A DNA stretch of 64,000 nucleotides from sequence record NC_054913.1. The stretch is one strand, 5' to 3'. Below the pieces are notes generated by a model, which saw only the letters and a list, made by a program, of their open reading frames with translations, ran no database searches and had not been told where the DNA came from. The position numbers and the translations under genes are program-made. Positions 9,801 through 21,513 of the stretch are shown here, piece by piece (within the stretch, counting starts at the first letter, position 1; each line of letters begins with the position of its first letter). This DNA comes from Escherichia phage F2.

Positions 9801-10450
9801 ATATTAGTGTCCCAAGATTTAGTGCTCACATTGATATTTTTGGTAATAACTTTAGGACCAATTAAAGAACCAGCTTTAGTTTCAATATTACTTTGAGTAA
9901 CTAAATATCCATTAGATACTAATAAACTTCCGGAATCAACTTGAAAATTACCGTTTCGATTAAAAGTCCAGTATTTTGAAGTCCCGGTTTCATCAATATA
10001 ATGGAATTTAAAACTACCTTCGTTTACTAATGTACCAGCAGAAAAAGTTCCATCTTTATAGCGTTGTTTAATCAGCGGATGGTATTCTGAAACAGAAGTA
10101 GTTGAACTTAAATCTGTAAAGATAGGGGCTTTATTCAAATGTTGGTTGGCCCAAGCACCATTTCCAGCGGTTTTAGGTAAAAATTCAATATACTTACCGG
10201 CGTAAACGAACATATTACCATTGAGGTTAAATGTGCCGTTTTGTAAATAATCACCATTTTGAGTTACATTACCGTTAATATCCCCGCCCTTAGCAAAGCC
10301 TAGGCTAATAATATTACCGAGGTCATCTTTAGTAAAAAGAGTTCGATCTTTTAAGTTTATCGCTAATTCGCCTTCGGCTAATTGTGCTGCAGTAGGATTA
10401 ACTCCTGCCACTTTGCTTCTTTTAAATTGTATCTGTTTTAATGTAGCCAT
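6836..10450 (-). CDS. 37: gp37 long tail fibre distal subunit
   Basis: 1204 aa; C-terminal repeated GAH(T/S/A)H(S/T) His boxes and ...[11 protein letters not shown] end; position between 36 and 38. Confidence 0.9.
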   Translation of the reverse strand: MATLKQIQFKRSKVAGVNPTAAQLAEGELAINLKDRTLFTKDDLGNIISLGFAKGGDINGNVTQNGDYLQNGTFNLNGNMFVYAGKYIEFLPKTAGNGAWANQHLNKAPIFTDLSSTTSVSEYHPLIKQRYKDGTFSAGTLVNEGSFKFHYIDETGTSKYWTFNRNGNFQVDSGSLLVSNGYLVTQSNIETKAGSLIGPKVITKNINVSTKSWDTNIDTAYDLVSLPTWQYTPTETDLDTNGINYLRKFRGHVSSAIFHEVADARSGKPQNISYWTGRNAEVYQWSYTTDGRMSVANSIGIGLADVGDQGRYPLVSFGKGIAIGDNDTGIKWVRDGVIDLVANGISAGTINSNGINSTKKLMVGYSRDSGTTWDFPNSNQAMFTARTDVDGNNNGDGQTHIGYSSNAKMYHYFRGQGRMSVSMGDGLLIEPGILDIKTGSNSLNLRADGTIASVQTLKLNNGLYFNGDGTNASLVFKAASGIDGTKQIVWEGGTRSGQNKSYVTVKAWGTANNTSGDKSRETVFEVADGQGYYFYAQRTAPAAGSTVGPIQFRIAGALLASGGITASGSIATESSLVANSGLSVNGQAKFGGTADALRIWNAEYGAIFRRSEAALHIIPTPKDAGRFGGISNLRPLSIGLNNGMVQMRHSVTLGDDGRGGNMITVDNDSKIVVVTSHSRISPNYRMQLGQAAYIEAECTDTVRPAGAGSFASQNYADVRAPIYMNIERTATSEYIPIVKQRYVNGDSTYSIGTLISQGDFRVHYHQGNSTTGTDLSWEFRRTGDFRVPGKIIAGAATLGTDGNITGGSGNFANLNTTLDRKVNTGGWQGGATAGWYKFATVTIPQAVGTASFKIIGGNGFNANSPEQATITEIVLRTGNNNPKGINATMWARTSNGFANIATMNTSGDTYDVYVYVGTFSNSLIVEYECSSNSAVTVVGINEGPQTPVAELPAGHLVGQVYMMYSDAQIPYPVGAPIPWPSDSVPAGFALMEGQTFDKSAYPKLAIAYPTGTIPDMRGQTIKGKPSGRAVLSAEADGVKAHSHSASASSTDLGTKTTSSFDYGTKTTSSFDYGTKTSNNTGAHTHSLSGSTNTAGAHSHTSALYAGSNNSPGTGSIRGSAGGGNTLGTSSSSGAHSHSISGTAASAGAHAHTVGIGAHTHTVGIGAHTHSVAIGSHGHTITVNSTGNTENTVKNIAFNYIVRLA
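7224..7300 (-). repeat. 30-bp tandem repeat (about 2.5 copies) inside gene 37
   Basis: gtcttagtaccatagtc... repeated; encodes [20 protein letters not shown]. Confidence 0.8.
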
Positions 10451-10458
10451 AAGTCCTC

Positions 10459-11124
10459 TTAATAATAGCCGAAATCTTGAACAGAATCTTTAATTACAAT
10501 CTGGTCGAAACGAGGAACATGATTAGCCTCGGATGCCGGATTCTGTGAGAAAAAGTTTGGTGCTGTTAAAGTACCGGTCATGGTATCGCCAGAACGCAAT
10601 ACACGGGAATTTGCGTTATCCGTAACAATATTTATTCGTCCATCAACATAATCTTTTCTTGTGAGATCATTTGCTGCAACTGGAGCGGTAACGTTAGAAC
10701 GGACGGGTCCATTTGCATAAATACCACCCTTATTGCTGATATCACCAGTACGAGTGTCAACAACAACAGTTCTACCTGCAGATCCTTGCGATGATTTAAA
10801 ACCAATGCCATACCATGAAACAATATCAATATTTGTTCTATCAAAAGTAGCAGCATCACCATTGCCAGGATAAATACCGCTTTGGTTTGTATTGTTTACA
10901 GCATATGGTACTTGAACACCAGCATTAAATGTTACCTTTGACGCAAAAGTACCACCATTAGCTTTAGAAACAAAATCGTTATCAGCTGCCTGTGGTTTAT
11001 TATATTCTGAATAGAGTTTAAACGTTTTATACAGGACGTCATCACCTGCTGGCATTAAAGGGAAATTACCTTGATGCCATATAACGGCACCGCCAGTTGT
11101 ACTACCAGCTTTTAAATCGGCCAT
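10459..11124 (-). CDS. 36: gp36 long tail fibre hinge connector
   Basis: 221 aa, same length as T4 gp36; synteny 35-36-37. Confidence 0.85.
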   Translation of the reverse strand: MADLKAGSTTGGAVIWHQGNFPLMPAGDDVLYKTFKLYSEYNKPQAADNDFVSKANGGTFASKVTFNAGVQVPYAVNNTNQSGIYPGNGDAATFDRTNIDIVSWYGIGFKSSQGSAGRTVVVDTRTGDISNKGGIYANGPVRSNVTAPVAANDLTRKDYVDGRINIVTDNANSRVLRSGDTMTGTLTAPNFFSQNPASEANHVPRFDQIVIKDSVQDFGYY

Positions 11125-11148
11125 AGTTGTCTCCTTATATGTATACCA

Positions 11149-11156
11149 TATTTATA
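11149..11156 (-). promoter_or_regulatory. late promoter TATAAATA for gene 36
   Basis: TATTTATA on plus strand, about 25 bp upstream of the gene 36 start. Confidence 0.5.
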
Positions 11157-11181
11157 CAAAAATGGGAGCCCGAAGGCTCCC
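11157..11181 (-). terminator. hairpin terminator after gene 35
   Basis: GGGAGCC-TTCG-GGCTCCC hairpin followed by U-rich tract on the minus-strand transcript. Confidence 0.5.
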
Positions 11182-11186
11182 TAAAT

Positions 11187-12314
11187 TTATTCTGACGCTT
11201 CTTTAAATTCTTGTCCAAATACCTTACCAGTATCAGTTGAAGATTGAGTAGGTAATGTCATTATGTCTGGGGCACTTAAAGATTCTGAAACATAATTTAC
11301 ACGAATACCGTTTATACCAAACTCGGCAGGTTTTGAAACGCTTCCATTACATGATACTTCAGTGAATATAACGTTTCTTAATCCACCTTGCCCGACTGGA
11401 GCTGTACGATAACAATAAATCGTGAACCCGTCAGCACCGGCAGGAATTTCTATGTAGTCTTCATATATCTTCCATTCACCTGCACCCCCATCAAAGTTTA
11501 TATCCTTAAATGAAATAGGTGAAGTAGAAGGAGATTTAAAGAACCGAATAGAAAGTCGTGTCGTCCCTTGTGCTAACAAATCAGCATCGGCCATTAGTTG
11601 GAATTTCATATAAAGGAAATCTCCAGCCTTCAATTTATACCCAGCGAGAGGTGTAATAAGGGACGTTGTAGGCATCCTTTTAATTTCATTATTAGTACCT
11701 CCAACAGCGGATAAAAATGTGTCTGTCGATTCGTACGTACGACTAGGGAAGCCGGTAGCACCAATATCATTAATCGTGTCGTACACAACATCAAGTGGTG
11801 TACTATAGTCGGTTGAAGTTTTCTTATTACTATACTTAATATGCTCTAGTGCTATAGCATTCTTACCAGAAATATAAAATGCCGAATAAGAAATGTCCAC
11901 TATATTTAAAACTTGTTGAGCTAATGGAATAGCAGAACTCCCAACTTTAGTAAACCAGGCAAGAACTTCTGGCGGAAAGTTTGTTTTAGCGTTAGTAACA
12001 AGAGCAAATATAAAATTAGAAGCGTATGTGTCCATGAAAGTAACAAATGCACTTGACGTGGCGTCGTTTTCAGTAGAGAAATTATATGACTTAGATTCAA
12101 CTACTGCACCTGTTGTAGGATTTATTACACGAACGTTTAATCCAACGGAAAAAACCTGGGACCCAAGTGGATTATCTTGGAACTTAATATAAGCAGGAGA
12201 TGTTGATAGCGGGCAAGAGCCCGCTATGCTTAATTTAAATCGTACTGAATTGCTTTCCGATAAAAATGGCGTTTGGACGTATCCTTGTCCAAACTTAGCC
12301 ATAAATTTTTCCAT
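11187..12314 (-). CDS. 35: gp35 long tail fibre hinge
   Basis: 375 aa (T4 gp35 ~372); synteny. Confidence 0.85.
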   Translation of the reverse strand: MEKFMAKFGQGYVQTPFLSESNSVRFKLSIAGSCPLSTSPAYIKFQDNPLGSQVFSVGLNVRVINPTTGAVVESKSYNFSTENDATSSAFVTFMDTYASNFIFALVTNAKTNFPPEVLAWFTKVGSSAIPLAQQVLNIVDISYSAFYISGKNAIALEHIKYSNKKTSTDYSTPLDVVYDTINDIGATGFPSRTYESTDTFLSAVGGTNNEIKRMPTTSLITPLAGYKLKAGDFLYMKFQLMADADLLAQGTTRLSIRFFKSPSTSPISFKDINFDGGAGEWKIYEDYIEIPAGADGFTIYCYRTAPVGQGGLRNVIFTEVSCNGSVSKPAEFGINGIRVNYVSESLSAPDIMTLPTQSSTDTGKVFGQEFKEASE

Positions 12315-12322
12315 AATACCTC

Positions 12323-15300
12323 TTATTCAATCCACTCGAATTTAACAGATTTATTCACAGGGTCTGGAATAATGCGAACATTACCAATCCTTAAGAAATC
12401 CCTTATTGTCAAGTTTCCGATTGTTGCATTATCAGAAGGTAAAGCGCCAATATCAGAAGGTTGAGGAGGGTTTCCACCATCAAATACCTGAACAAAACTC
12501 GACCAAGAATTTTTAGTTTTCTGCCATGTACGTGTCCAACGGGTTGTACGTGCTTCTGGAGTTGTTGGATAAGTAATCCAATCTTGGTAAAGCGAATCAA
12601 GTGTGTTACCAAACTGAGTCAGTGTACCAGGAGATTTAACTTCTTCGCCACGTTCTAAGTATGGAAGTCCAGTCACTTCATTAGTTTTTTCAACCATTTT
12701 AAAATAACCCGGGAACTGGTTATAAGTGGCTGAATCGTTAATATCGATTGACCAGAATCCGACTGTATCAGCAGTAGGAGCACGAGTGTATAAATCAGCA
12801 GTTTTAGAACCATGAGAACGAATTCTCGAGTTAACAGTTAAACCACCTGAATTTATAGTAGCACCTTTGGCAATGATTAAGCCTTCACCAATCGTTACTT
12901 GGCCGGATGCATTATTAATAGCTAAAGGACGTAATCCATTAAATCCGCCAGTCTGATCACCTGATGCAGTAAGCATAAAATAGGTATTAACAGCATCATT
13001 ACGAATAAAGAATCCGTAATCACCACTAATTGCTCTGAAAGCATTTGCAGACTTACTAATGAATTCGCCATTAGCAGTAACTGAACGACCGAATGTTGCA
13101 ACGCCATTCACATTCATCAAACCGGAAGCATTAATGTTTATTGGCATTACAGTACCATTAATGCTAAACGCTATATTCCCATCTTTATTACGTTGAGAAT
13201 AAAAATGATTAGACGTTTCATCACCAACTTCAAATACAGTAGAACGTGTTGTATCTGATCCGCCACCAAACTGATTTCCCCAAACTCTGATAGACATCGT
13301 CTGTGCTGGGTTGGTTCCAGTTTGAGGTCCTTTCTCAAAAATAAGACGAGTTGCCGTTCCAGTATTAGAAATAGTTAATGTACTATTTGCCGAAACTGAA
13401 CCACCAAACGTAGCAGTACTAGATGATACAAGAGGGGCACTCAGATTCGTTTGTTGGGTTAAGGTTAGTGAACCATTAACCGTCTGTGCAATGTCCCTAC
13501 GAATGAACTGAGATGAATCTAGACCATCTAATAAATTTGCGTCAGCAGCTTTTGCTTTTAATGGCAAGTAATTTGCTAATACACGGTTTAATTCATACGG
13601 TGATACTGCATAGCTATTTTTCTCGTATAGCTCTAAGTTTTGTGTAGAACCGACTGTATCATTACCAACGAATGTAATAGAACCGGATGAAGTTTTAACG
13701 AATCCGCGAATTGCTGTAGTAGCAGCCCATGTTGGTTCGTTCTGGACAATCCATTTTAAATTCTTAGGAGATACAGCAGTATTCGCTGACGTTCCTGTTA
13801 CAGTTTCAGCCTGAGTAGCAACCTTAATTACGCCTTCAGACGTTTCAGTGGACTTAGTCCCTAAAAGCTTTTTAGGAGTAATAAGAACATCATCTAAAGT
13901 TCCTGCATTAGATTCTGCCTGGGTCGCTACGCGAAGTGTACCACGTTGTGTTTCATTTGCTTTAGAAATATCAAGAGTATAATGGTTCCACAAGGTTCCT
14001 TCTTCAATAAGTCCGGAATCAGAATTAACACTGGTACGGTCAGAAGAATCAAAATGAGTTTTAATTTTCAGTGGAGTCGAGATACGAGTATCATCAGTTC
14101 CAGTATCAAATTCAACTTGCGTAGCAATTTCGGCTATGCCGGATAATCCTTCCGTAGCTTTCCTATCATTTAACGTCTTAGGCGTTACTGCACGTGTATA
14201 ATCAGTCCCAGCATTAGTTTCTGCTTGCGTAGCAATTTCAATTAAACCAATACGTCCATCAGTAGAAGTTTTCTTATGTAGTGTTTCAGGAGTTACTACA
14301 GCGTGAGAGTATCCAGACTGAGATTGACCAGCAATTACTTCACTATCAATAGCTAAAATTACTGCACCTTGTTGAGTATATGTTGCTTTATATTGGTCAA
14401 GGGCTTTAGGAGAAATAGTTAAATTATTTACAGTTTTATTATAAACGTTAGTGCCTGCGGCACCACGAGTTTCAGCAGGAGTAGCAGAAGTAGTCGATAC
14501 ATATTTAACTATACCCGATAGTGTTTCGGAACCCTGACGTGCCTGTAATTTCTTAGGCGTAATAATCGTTGTGTCATCAAGACCAGCATCGGTTTCAGCC
14601 TGAGTAGCAATTTCAGCAAGACCTCGACGAGTTTCAGTTGCTGTACGCTCATTTAGTTTTTTAGGCGTAACAATAGTATCGTCCACAAATGATGCTGTGG
14701 AATTCTGGTTAACTTGTGCTGTTGTAGCAATTTTAGCGATACCACGTCGAGCTTCAGTTGCTGTACGATTTGCCAACGTTTCAGGAGTAATAGCAACTTC
14801 TTTAGCTGGAGTATTCTCTAAATCAACATTTGCTTGCGCTTGAGTAGCAAGAGCAATAACACCTAAACGAGCTCGTGTAGCATCAGTTCCAGCATCAACA
14901 CGTTCTATCGTAGGGACATTCTGTTGCACAACCCAATAACGTGTACCAGCAACGGTGTCTTCGATATACGATAATTCTAATACAGGAACATATGAAGTAG
15001 TGCCATTGAATTCTAGTTCAGTAACAGAGACCCATTGAGCATCAGGTGGATATTCAGAACGTTTAGGGAACTGAAGCAACGCAACAGAAGAAGCAATTGT
15101 ATCACCTTCGGCAGCTTTAATTTTTACTGTTTGGCCTTTACGCATGTAGTTCATTGAAATTTTAACAGTGTCACCACTCAAAATTCCGGTAGGCAGCGTA
15201 AGATTAATAGTTCCGGTTGCAGCGTTATTTGTGCCAAAAATAAGAACTTCTTCATTTGGACGAATATTTGAATCCGCACGGATAATACGAAGACGCGATT

Positions 15301-16198
15301 TCTGGTCGCCTTCCCATATACGCCATAAACTATTCGCAGCATCAAAAACAAAAAACGCGTCAGAGTCATTTCTGCCTTCGGCAATATGAGTCCCGACTTC
15401 ACCAATAGACGTTGTATCATCAAATGTTTTAACAATTGTATGATACAACGGGTTTAATTTATCTAAATCGACTAGGCTGATTATATCACCATTGTTAGCA
15501 TTACGTGGAAGTGTAATGTTGATTGGTGCTGCACTAGTAAAACGACGAACGATAAAATCATTTGCTTGTGCTTGATATGGTGCCGCAGGTGTAACAGTGA
15601 TTGATTCTTTACCGTAATCAATGATATACATCTGCCACAAACGATTACTAAACACAAACACTAGTTGTGAACGTGGTCGCGTCATTAAAACTGAACGAAC
15701 TTGTTCACCTCTAAAGTTTAAAATACTCTGCACAGACGCGTTAATCTGTACTTTAACTGTCCCGGTTCTTCCACCAATATCAGCCAAAACAACAGTATCA
15801 CCATCAACCGGCGCATTTGGCAACGTGAAAACCATATCATTGCCGGCGCCAGTGTTAACCGAAATCGATTCGCCTGAAGAAAGTTGATAAGTCCCAGAAG
15901 CGACAGTTATCCATTGTGCATCGGTACGAACTGCACGCCATTGTAAAAGGTTAAATGCCCCGGAAGGAGACACGATATCATTTATTGCTTGATATAAACG
16001 GTTGTCATAAAGAACAACAAATCCTTTGTTATATCCACGCGTAGAATCATATACTTGAACGGTGTTTTCTTGTACCAGGAAGTCAACGTTTACGCCATCA
16101 GTACCTACTGTACGGTCGGCTAATGCTACGTTAACAATCTTGTCGCCACCGGCGTCCAGACCGTCTTCGGCTCTGAACTTACGTTTGATGTCGGCCAT
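12323..16198 (-). CDS. 34: gp34 long tail fibre proximal subunit
   Basis: 1291 aa (T4 gp34 ~1289); repetitive beta-rich sequence; adjacent to rnh. Confidence 0.9.
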   Translation of the reverse strand: MADIKRKFRAEDGLDAGGDKIVNVALADRTVGTDGVNVDFLVQENTVQVYDSTRGYNKGFVVLYDNRLYQAINDIVSPSGAFNLLQWRAVRTDAQWITVASGTYQLSSGESISVNTGAGNDMVFTLPNAPVDGDTVVLADIGGRTGTVKVQINASVQSILNFRGEQVRSVLMTRPRSQLVFVFSNRLWQMYIIDYGKESITVTPAAPYQAQANDFIVRRFTSAAPINITLPRNANNGDIISLVDLDKLNPLYHTIVKTFDDTTSIGEVGTHIAEGRNDSDAFFVFDAANSLWRIWEGDQKSRLRIIRADSNIRPNEEVLIFGTNNAATGTINLTLPTGILSGDTVKISMNYMRKGQTVKIKAAEGDTIASSVALLQFPKRSEYPPDAQWVSVTELEFNGTTSYVPVLELSYIEDTVAGTRYWVVQQNVPTIERVDAGTDATRARLGVIALATQAQANVDLENTPAKEVAITPETLANRTATEARRGIAKIATTAQVNQNSTASFVDDTIVTPKKLNERTATETRRGLAEIATQAETDAGLDDTTIITPKKLQARQGSETLSGIVKYVSTTSATPAETRGAAGTNVYNKTVNNLTISPKALDQYKATYTQQGAVILAIDSEVIAGQSQSGYSHAVVTPETLHKKTSTDGRIGLIEIATQAETNAGTDYTRAVTPKTLNDRKATEGLSGIAEIATQVEFDTGTDDTRISTPLKIKTHFDSSDRTSVNSDSGLIEEGTLWNHYTLDISKANETQRGTLRVATQAESNAGTLDDVLITPKKLLGTKSTETSEGVIKVATQAETVTGTSANTAVSPKNLKWIVQNEPTWAATTAIRGFVKTSSGSITFVGNDTVGSTQNLELYEKNSYAVSPYELNRVLANYLPLKAKAADANLLDGLDSSQFIRRDIAQTVNGSLTLTQQTNLSAPLVSSSTATFGGSVSANSTLTISNTGTATRLIFEKGPQTGTNPAQTMSIRVWGNQFGGGSDTTRSTVFEVGDETSNHFYSQRNKDGNIAFSINGTVMPININASGLMNVNGVATFGRSVTANGEFISKSANAFRAISGDYGFFIRNDAVNTYFMLTASGDQTGGFNGLRPLAINNASGQVTIGEGLIIAKGATINSGGLTVNSRIRSHGSKTADLYTRAPTADTVGFWSIDINDSATYNQFPGYFKMVEKTNEVTGLPYLERGEEVKSPGTLTQFGNTLDSLYQDWITYPTTPEARTTRWTRTWQKTKNSWSSFVQVFDGGNPPQPSDIGALPSDNATIGNLTIRDFLRIGNVRIIPDPVNKSVKFEWIE

Positions 16199-16228
16199 TC
16201 GTTTTTCCTTTATTGTTTCAATAATACT

Positions 16229-16236
16229 TATTTATA
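16229..16236 (-). promoter_or_regulatory. late promoter TATAAATA for gene 34
   Basis: TATTTATA on plus strand, about 31 bp upstream of the gene 34 start. Confidence 0.55.
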
Positions 16237-16239
16237 CCA

Positions 16240-16270
16240 GTTTACGCTTTCAAATGAGTATGTTACTATA
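16240..16270 (+). promoter_or_regulatory. early promoter for rnh (divergent from the gene 34 late promoter)
   Basis: GTTTAC at 16240-16245 and TACTAT at 16265-16270. Confidence 0.45.
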
Positions 16271-16301
16271 GTCAAGTTGACTAACTGAACAAGAGGTTCA
16301 T

Positions 16302-17219
16302 ATGGATTTAGAAATGATGTTGGATGAAGATTACAAAGAAGGTATTGCACTTGCCGACTTTAGTAACATTGCATTGGCAGCCGCATTAAACAACTTTGAA
16401 GACGGCGATAAAATTACTGTTCCGATGGTTCGCCATGTAATCTTGAATTCAATTCGTAAAAACGTGGTGATGTTCCGTAAGCAAGGCTATACAAAATTTG
16501 TATTGTGTATGGATAATGCTACTTCAGGTTATTGGCGTCGTGACTTTGCTTACTACTACAAGAAAAATCGTAAAACCGATCGTGAAGCTTCAAAGTGGGA
16601 TTGGGAAGGATATTTTACTGCGCTCCGTCAAGTTGTTGATGAGATTAAGAAATACATGCCATACGTTGTAATGGATATTGACAAATATGAAGCGGATGAC
16701 CATATCGGTGTATTAACTAAATATTTGTCATTAGCTGGACATAAGGTATGTATTGTTGCATCAGATGGTGACTTTACACAATTACACAAATATCCTAACG
16801 TTAAACAGTGGTCGCCACCACAGAAAAAATGGGTTAAAATTAAGAACGGTTCTGCTGAAATTGATTGCATGACTAAAATTCTTAAAGGTGACCGTAAAGA
16901 CGGCGTTGCATCTGTTCGAGTTCGTGGCGACTTCTGGTTTACCAGAGTTGATGGTGAACGAACTCCGAGCATGAAAACAACGATTATTGAAGCAATTGCC
17001 AATGACCGTTCTCAAGCTGAAGTATTATTAAGTGCAGAAGAATATAAACGGTACCAAGAAAATTTGGTTCTCATTGATTTTGATTATATCCCTGATAATA
17101 TTGCTTCAACCATTATAGAGTATTATAACTCATATAAACCACAACCTAAAGGCAAGATTTATTCATACTTTGTAAAATCTGGTCTTTCTAAATTAACAAG
17201 TGTAATTAATGAATTCTGA
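16302..17219 (+). CDS. rnh: RNase H (5'-3' exonuclease, FEN family)
   Basis: 305 aa, same length as T4 RNase H; WRRDFAYYYKKNR, DIDKYEADDHI, SDGDFTQLHKYPNVKQWSP motifs. Confidence 0.95.
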   Translation: MDLEMMLDEDYKEGIALADFSNIALAAALNNFEDGDKITVPMVRHVILNSIRKNVVMFRKQGYTKFVLCMDNATSGYWRRDFAYYYKKNRKTDREASKWDWEGYFTALRQVVDEIKKYMPYVVMDIDKYEADDHIGVLTKYLSLAGHKVCIVASDGDFTQLHKYPNVKQWSPPQKKWVKIKNGSAEIDCMTKILKGDRKDGVASVRVRGDFWFTRVDGERTPSMKTTIIEAIANDRSQAEVLLSAEEYKRYQENLVLIDFDYIPDNIASTIIEYYNSYKPQPKGKIYSYFVKSGLSKLTSVINEF

Positions 17220-17226
17220 GGTAAAC

Positions 17227-17496
17227 ATGGCTAAGAAAGAAGCAGTTGAATTTAATCAAGATGTGCATGGTGAAGAACTGGCTAAACTAGTCAAGGAAGC
17301 TTCCGATAACAAACTTAAAATTTCTGGTTATAATGAACTGATTAAAGACATTCGTACTCGTGCTAAAGAAGAGCTTGGCGTCGATGGAAAAATGTTTAAT
17401 CGTTTGTTAGCTCTTTATCATAAAGACGCTCGTGACCAATTTGAAGCTGAAAACGAAGAGGTAGTCGAGCTTTATGACACAGTTTTCACTAAGTGA
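17227..17496 (+). CDS. dsbA: DsbA double-stranded DNA-binding late transcription protein
   Basis: In-frame ATG at 17227 gives 89 aa (MAKKEAVEF...) matching T4 DsbA length; the track ORF starts 18 nt earlier inside rnh. Confidence 0.8.
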   Translation: MAKKEAVEFNQDVHGEELAKLVKEASDNKLKISGYNELIKDIRTRAKEELGVDGKMFNRLLALYHKDARDQFEAENEEVVELYDTVFTK

Positions 17497-17812
17497 TATT
17501 AAACCGGTTGATGAGGCCGGTTTATCTGAACAAGAATTAGCAGTAAAACACGATAAAGATGATATCGCTAAATTGCTTGACAGACAAGAAAACGGATTCA
17601 TTATCGAATCCATGGTTGAACAATTTGGTATGTCTTATTTAGAAGCAACAACTGCTTTCTTGGAAGAAAATTCTATTCCAGAAACACAATTTGCTAAATT
17701 TATTCCTACAGGAATTGTTGAAAAAATTACAAGCGAAGCAATTGACGAAAACATGCTTCGCCCATCAGTTGCTCGTGGCGAAAAAACTAATACGTTAGAT
17801 TTCTTATTATGA
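17474..17812 (+). CDS. 33: gp33 late transcription co-activator
   Basis: 112 aa, same length as T4 gp33; MTQFSL.DI.PVDE.GLSE.EL motifs. Confidence 0.9.
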   Translation: MTQFSLSDIKPVDEAGLSEQELAVKHDKDDIAKLLDRQENGFIIESMVEQFGMSYLEATTAFLEENSIPETQFAKFIPTGIVEKITSEAIDENMLRPSVARGEKTNTLDFLL

Positions 17813-18462
17813 TTAAAATACGCATGCCTCCTGATGGAGAACGTTATATTAATGGAAAATCGGTATATAAACTATACTTGATGTGCAAAAACCATTTTGG
17901 TGGTCGGTATGACGTAATCAAATATAACTGGTGCATGCGTGTTTCTGATAATGCGTATCAAAAACGCCGAGATAAATATTTCTTTGAAAAACTATCAGAG
18001 AAATATAAATTGAAGGAACTCACCTTGATATTCATAAGCAACTTAGTTGCTAACCAAGACGCATGGATTGGTGAGATATCAGACGCTGATGCATTAGTTT
18101 TCTATAGGGAATATATTGGACGTCTCAAACAAGCTAAAGAGACGTTTGCTGAAGATGTACGTAACATCTACTATTTCAGTAAGAAAGTTGAAGTTAGTGC
18201 GCTTCAAGAGATATTTGATTATAATAACAACGTTCAGTCGAGCTACATATTCAAATTGCTACAAAGCAATATAATTTCATTTGAGACTTTCTTATTGTTG
18301 GACTCATTTTTGAATATTATAGATAAGCACGACGAACTCACCGATAACTTAGTCTGGCAAAATTATTCTACCAGATTAAAGGCATATCGAAAAATACTTC
18401 AAATCGATGGAAATGCTGCTAAGAAATTGTTCATAGAAACAATCAAATCATGTAAGTATTAA
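17809..18462 (+). CDS. 59: gp59 helicase loader
   Basis: 217 aa, same length as T4 gp59; position between 33 and 32. Confidence 0.9.
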   Translation: MIKIRMPPDGERYINGKSVYKLYLMCKNHFGGRYDVIKYNWCMRVSDNAYQKRRDKYFFEKLSEKYKLKELTLIFISNLVANQDAWIGEISDADALVFYREYIGRLKQAKETFAEDVRNIYYFSKKVEVSALQEIFDYNNNVQSSYIFKLLQSNIISFETFLLLDSFLNIIDKHDELTDNLVWQNYSTRLKAYRKILQIDGNAAKKLFIETIKSCKY

Positions 18463-18490
18463 GCTTTATTTCTTGTGTGTTAAATTACTT

Positions 18491-18498
18491 TATAAATA
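18491..18498 (+). promoter_or_regulatory. late promoter TATAAATA upstream of gene 32
   Basis: Exact TATAAATA in the 32 leader. Confidence 0.45.
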
Positions 18499-18518
18499 AA
18501 TCATACCAGCTACGAGGT

Positions 18519-18575
18519 ATAAGTGTCGTAGCAACCAACTGTAAAATTTAATTAATCTAAATAAAGGCAAATAAA
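18519..18575 (+). promoter_or_regulatory. gene 32 translational operator (hairpin/pseudoknot plus AU-rich unstructured tract)
   Basis: GCTACGA-ggtataagtg-TCGTAGC hairpin with possible loop GGU : ACC pseudoknot pairing, followed by AAAAUUUAAUUAAUCUAAAUAAA before the RBS. Confidence 0.5.
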
Positions 18576-19475
18576 ATGTTTAAACGTAAAAGTACCGCAG
18601 ACCTCGCAGCTCAGATGGCTAAACTGAATGGTAACAAAGGTTTCTCTTCAGAAGATAAAGGTGAATGGAAGCTGAAACTCGATGCGTCCGGTAATGGTCA
18701 AGCGGTAATTCGTTTCCTGCCGGCAAAAACAGATGACGCACTTCCGTTTGCAATTCTTGTTAACCACGGGTTCAAGAAAAATGGTAAATGGTATATTGAA
18801 ACCTGTTCATCTACACACGGCGATTACGACTCTTGTCCGGTATGTCAGTACATTAGTAAAAATGACCTGTACAATACAAACAAAACAGAATATTCTCAAC
18901 TGAAACGTAAAACTTCTTATTGGGCTAATATCCTGGTTGTTAAAGACCCACAAGCTCCAGATAATGAAGGTAAAGTATTCAAATATCGTTTCGGTAAAAA
19001 GATTTGGGACAAAATCAATGCAATGATTGCAGTCGATACTGAAATGGGTGAAACTCCTGTTGATGTAACTTGCCCATGGGAAGGTGCTAACTTTGTGCTG
19101 AAAGTTAAACAGGTTTCTGGTTTCAGTAACTACGACGAATCTAAATTCCTGAATCAATCTGCGATTCCAAACATTGATGATGAATCTTTCCAGAAAGAAT
19201 TGTTCGAACAAATGGTTGACCTTTCTGAAATGACTTCTAAAGATAAGTTCAAATCGTTTGAAGAATTGAATACTAAATTTACTCAAGTTCTTGGTACTGC
19301 CGCTCTTGGTGGTGCAGCAGCTGCCGCAGCTTCTGTTGCAGATAAAGTTGCTTCTGACCTCGACGATTTTGATAAAGACATGGAAGCCTTTAGTTCTGCA
19401 AAAACTGAAGATGACTTCATGAGTTCCTCGTCTTCTGACGATGGCGACCTCGATGACCTGTTAGCTGGTCTATAA
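18576..19475 (+). CDS. 32: gp32 single-stranded DNA-binding protein
   Basis: 299 aa; near-identical to T4 gp32 over most of its length, including zinc-binding Cys/His region and acidic C-terminus. Confidence 0.97.
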   Translation: MFKRKSTADLAAQMAKLNGNKGFSSEDKGEWKLKLDASGNGQAVIRFLPAKTDDALPFAILVNHGFKKNGKWYIETCSSTHGDYDSCPVCQYISKNDLYNTNKTEYSQLKRKTSYWANILVVKDPQAPDNEGKVFKYRFGKKIWDKINAMIAVDTEMGETPVDVTCPWEGANFVLKVKQVSGFSNYDESKFLNQSAIPNIDDESFQKELFEQMVDLSEMTSKDKFKSFEELNTKFTQVLGTAALGGAAAAAASVADKVASDLDDFDKDMEAFSSAKTEDDFMSSSSSDDGDLDDLLAGL

Positions 19476-19482
19476 TAAATTG

Positions 19483-19505
19483 GGAGACTTCGGTCTCCCT
19501 TTTGA
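19483..19505 (+). terminator. intrinsic terminator after gene 32
   Basis: GGGAGAC-TTCG-GTCTCCC followed by TTTTGAG. Confidence 0.65.
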
Positions 19506-19533
19506 GTATCTGTAAATTGCCAAAAAAAAAGTT

Positions 19534-19564
19534 GTTTACTTCTTCCCTAGATGTGATATTATAG
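19534..19564 (+). promoter_or_regulatory. early promoter
   Basis: GTTTAC at 19534-19539, GATATTATAG -10 region. Confidence 0.55.
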
Positions 19565-19591
19565 TTCTATCAACAACATGAGGAAATCAAA

Positions 19592-19984
19592 ATGGAAATC
19601 GGAAAATCTTATATCATTAACCCTTTATTTAAAGACGACTTTGTTCAAGAAGCACCACACAATAACGCTAAGATGTTAAAATTGATTGAACTCCACGGGC
19701 CTAGTTTTGTTGTAAACGGAATGGAACCTGATTATGATAGCGATACGTCAAACGTAGTAAGTGTAACTATGGAAGATGGTACTGTATGTTCTGCCGGTGG
19801 TGGAATTGAAACTTATTTTGAGATTTATCCTGACGAGTTCAAATACTTTATTGAGGTAGATTTAGTAAAGCCTCAACCTACTAACGAAGGTATAACTTTA
19901 GGTGTAACAAAAATCCATTGTATCGTAGACGAAACCAACGTCGACGAAATCATCAAACTTTTGCAAAAAACTTTTAAAAAGTAG
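19592..19984 (+). CDS. hypothetical protein (frd-upstream accessory ORF)
   Basis: 130-aa ORF with RBS GAGGAAA. Confidence 0.5.
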   Translation: MEIGKSYIINPLFKDDFVQEAPHNNAKMLKLIELHGPSFVVNGMEPDYDSDTSNVVSVTMEDGTVCSAGGGIETYFEIYPDEFKYFIEVDLVKPQPTNEGITLGVTKIHCIVDETNVDEIIKLLQKTFKK

Positions 19985-20045
19985 TTTATAACAAGATAGG
20001 GCTATGTTATAGTAGCCCTATCAAATAAAAGTGAAGGAGAATAAA

Positions 20046-20288
20046 ATGAGATTGCAACGCCAGAGCATCAAAGATTCTGAAGTTAGAGGTAAATGGTACT
20101 TCAACATCGTCGGTAAAGACGCTGAACTTGTTGAAAAAGCTGAACATCTTTTACGCGATATGGGTTGGGAAGATGAATGCGATGGATGTCCACTCTATGA
20201 AGATGGTGAAAGTGCAGGATTCTGGATTTACCACTCTGACATTGAATCGTTTAAAGCTGATTGGAAAATTGTGAAAAAGTCTGTTTGA
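20046..20288 (+). CDS. hypothetical protein
   Basis: ATG at 20046 preceded by AAGGAG; the track ORF begins at an upstream GTG. Confidence 0.45.
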   Translation: MRLQRQSIKDSEVRGKWYFNIVGKDAELVEKAEHLLRDMGWEDECDGCPLYEDGESAGFWIYHSDIESFKADWKIVKKSV

Positions 20289-20299
20289 GGAAAAATAAT

Positions 20300-20542
20300 A
20301 TGATTTTTGTATTTGAATTTATGAATGACGAATTCGATTATGCAATTTTTAACGCATTGCATAATCCCGATTTAAGTGAATTTAATGAAATGTTTTCTGA
20401 CGCTTTGAGTATGTCAGAAGAATACTGCGGAGAATGTCAACGTGTTTGTGTGACAGTTTTTGAAAACAAAGAAAAGACATATGAAGAGTTATTCTTTGAC
20501 GCTAATAAAGCCACTGAATGGTTTATTGAAAAGGGGTTTTGA
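20300..20542 (+). CDS. hypothetical protein
   Basis: ATG at 20300 after GAGGAAAAA RBS; acidic 80-aa product. Confidence 0.4.
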   Translation: MIFVFEFMNDEFDYAIFNALHNPDLSEFNEMFSDALSMSEEYCGECQRVCVTVFENKEKTYEELFFDANKATEWFIEKGF

Positions 20543-21500
<958 letters not shown>

Positions 21501-21513
21501 TTATAGGTGCTAA

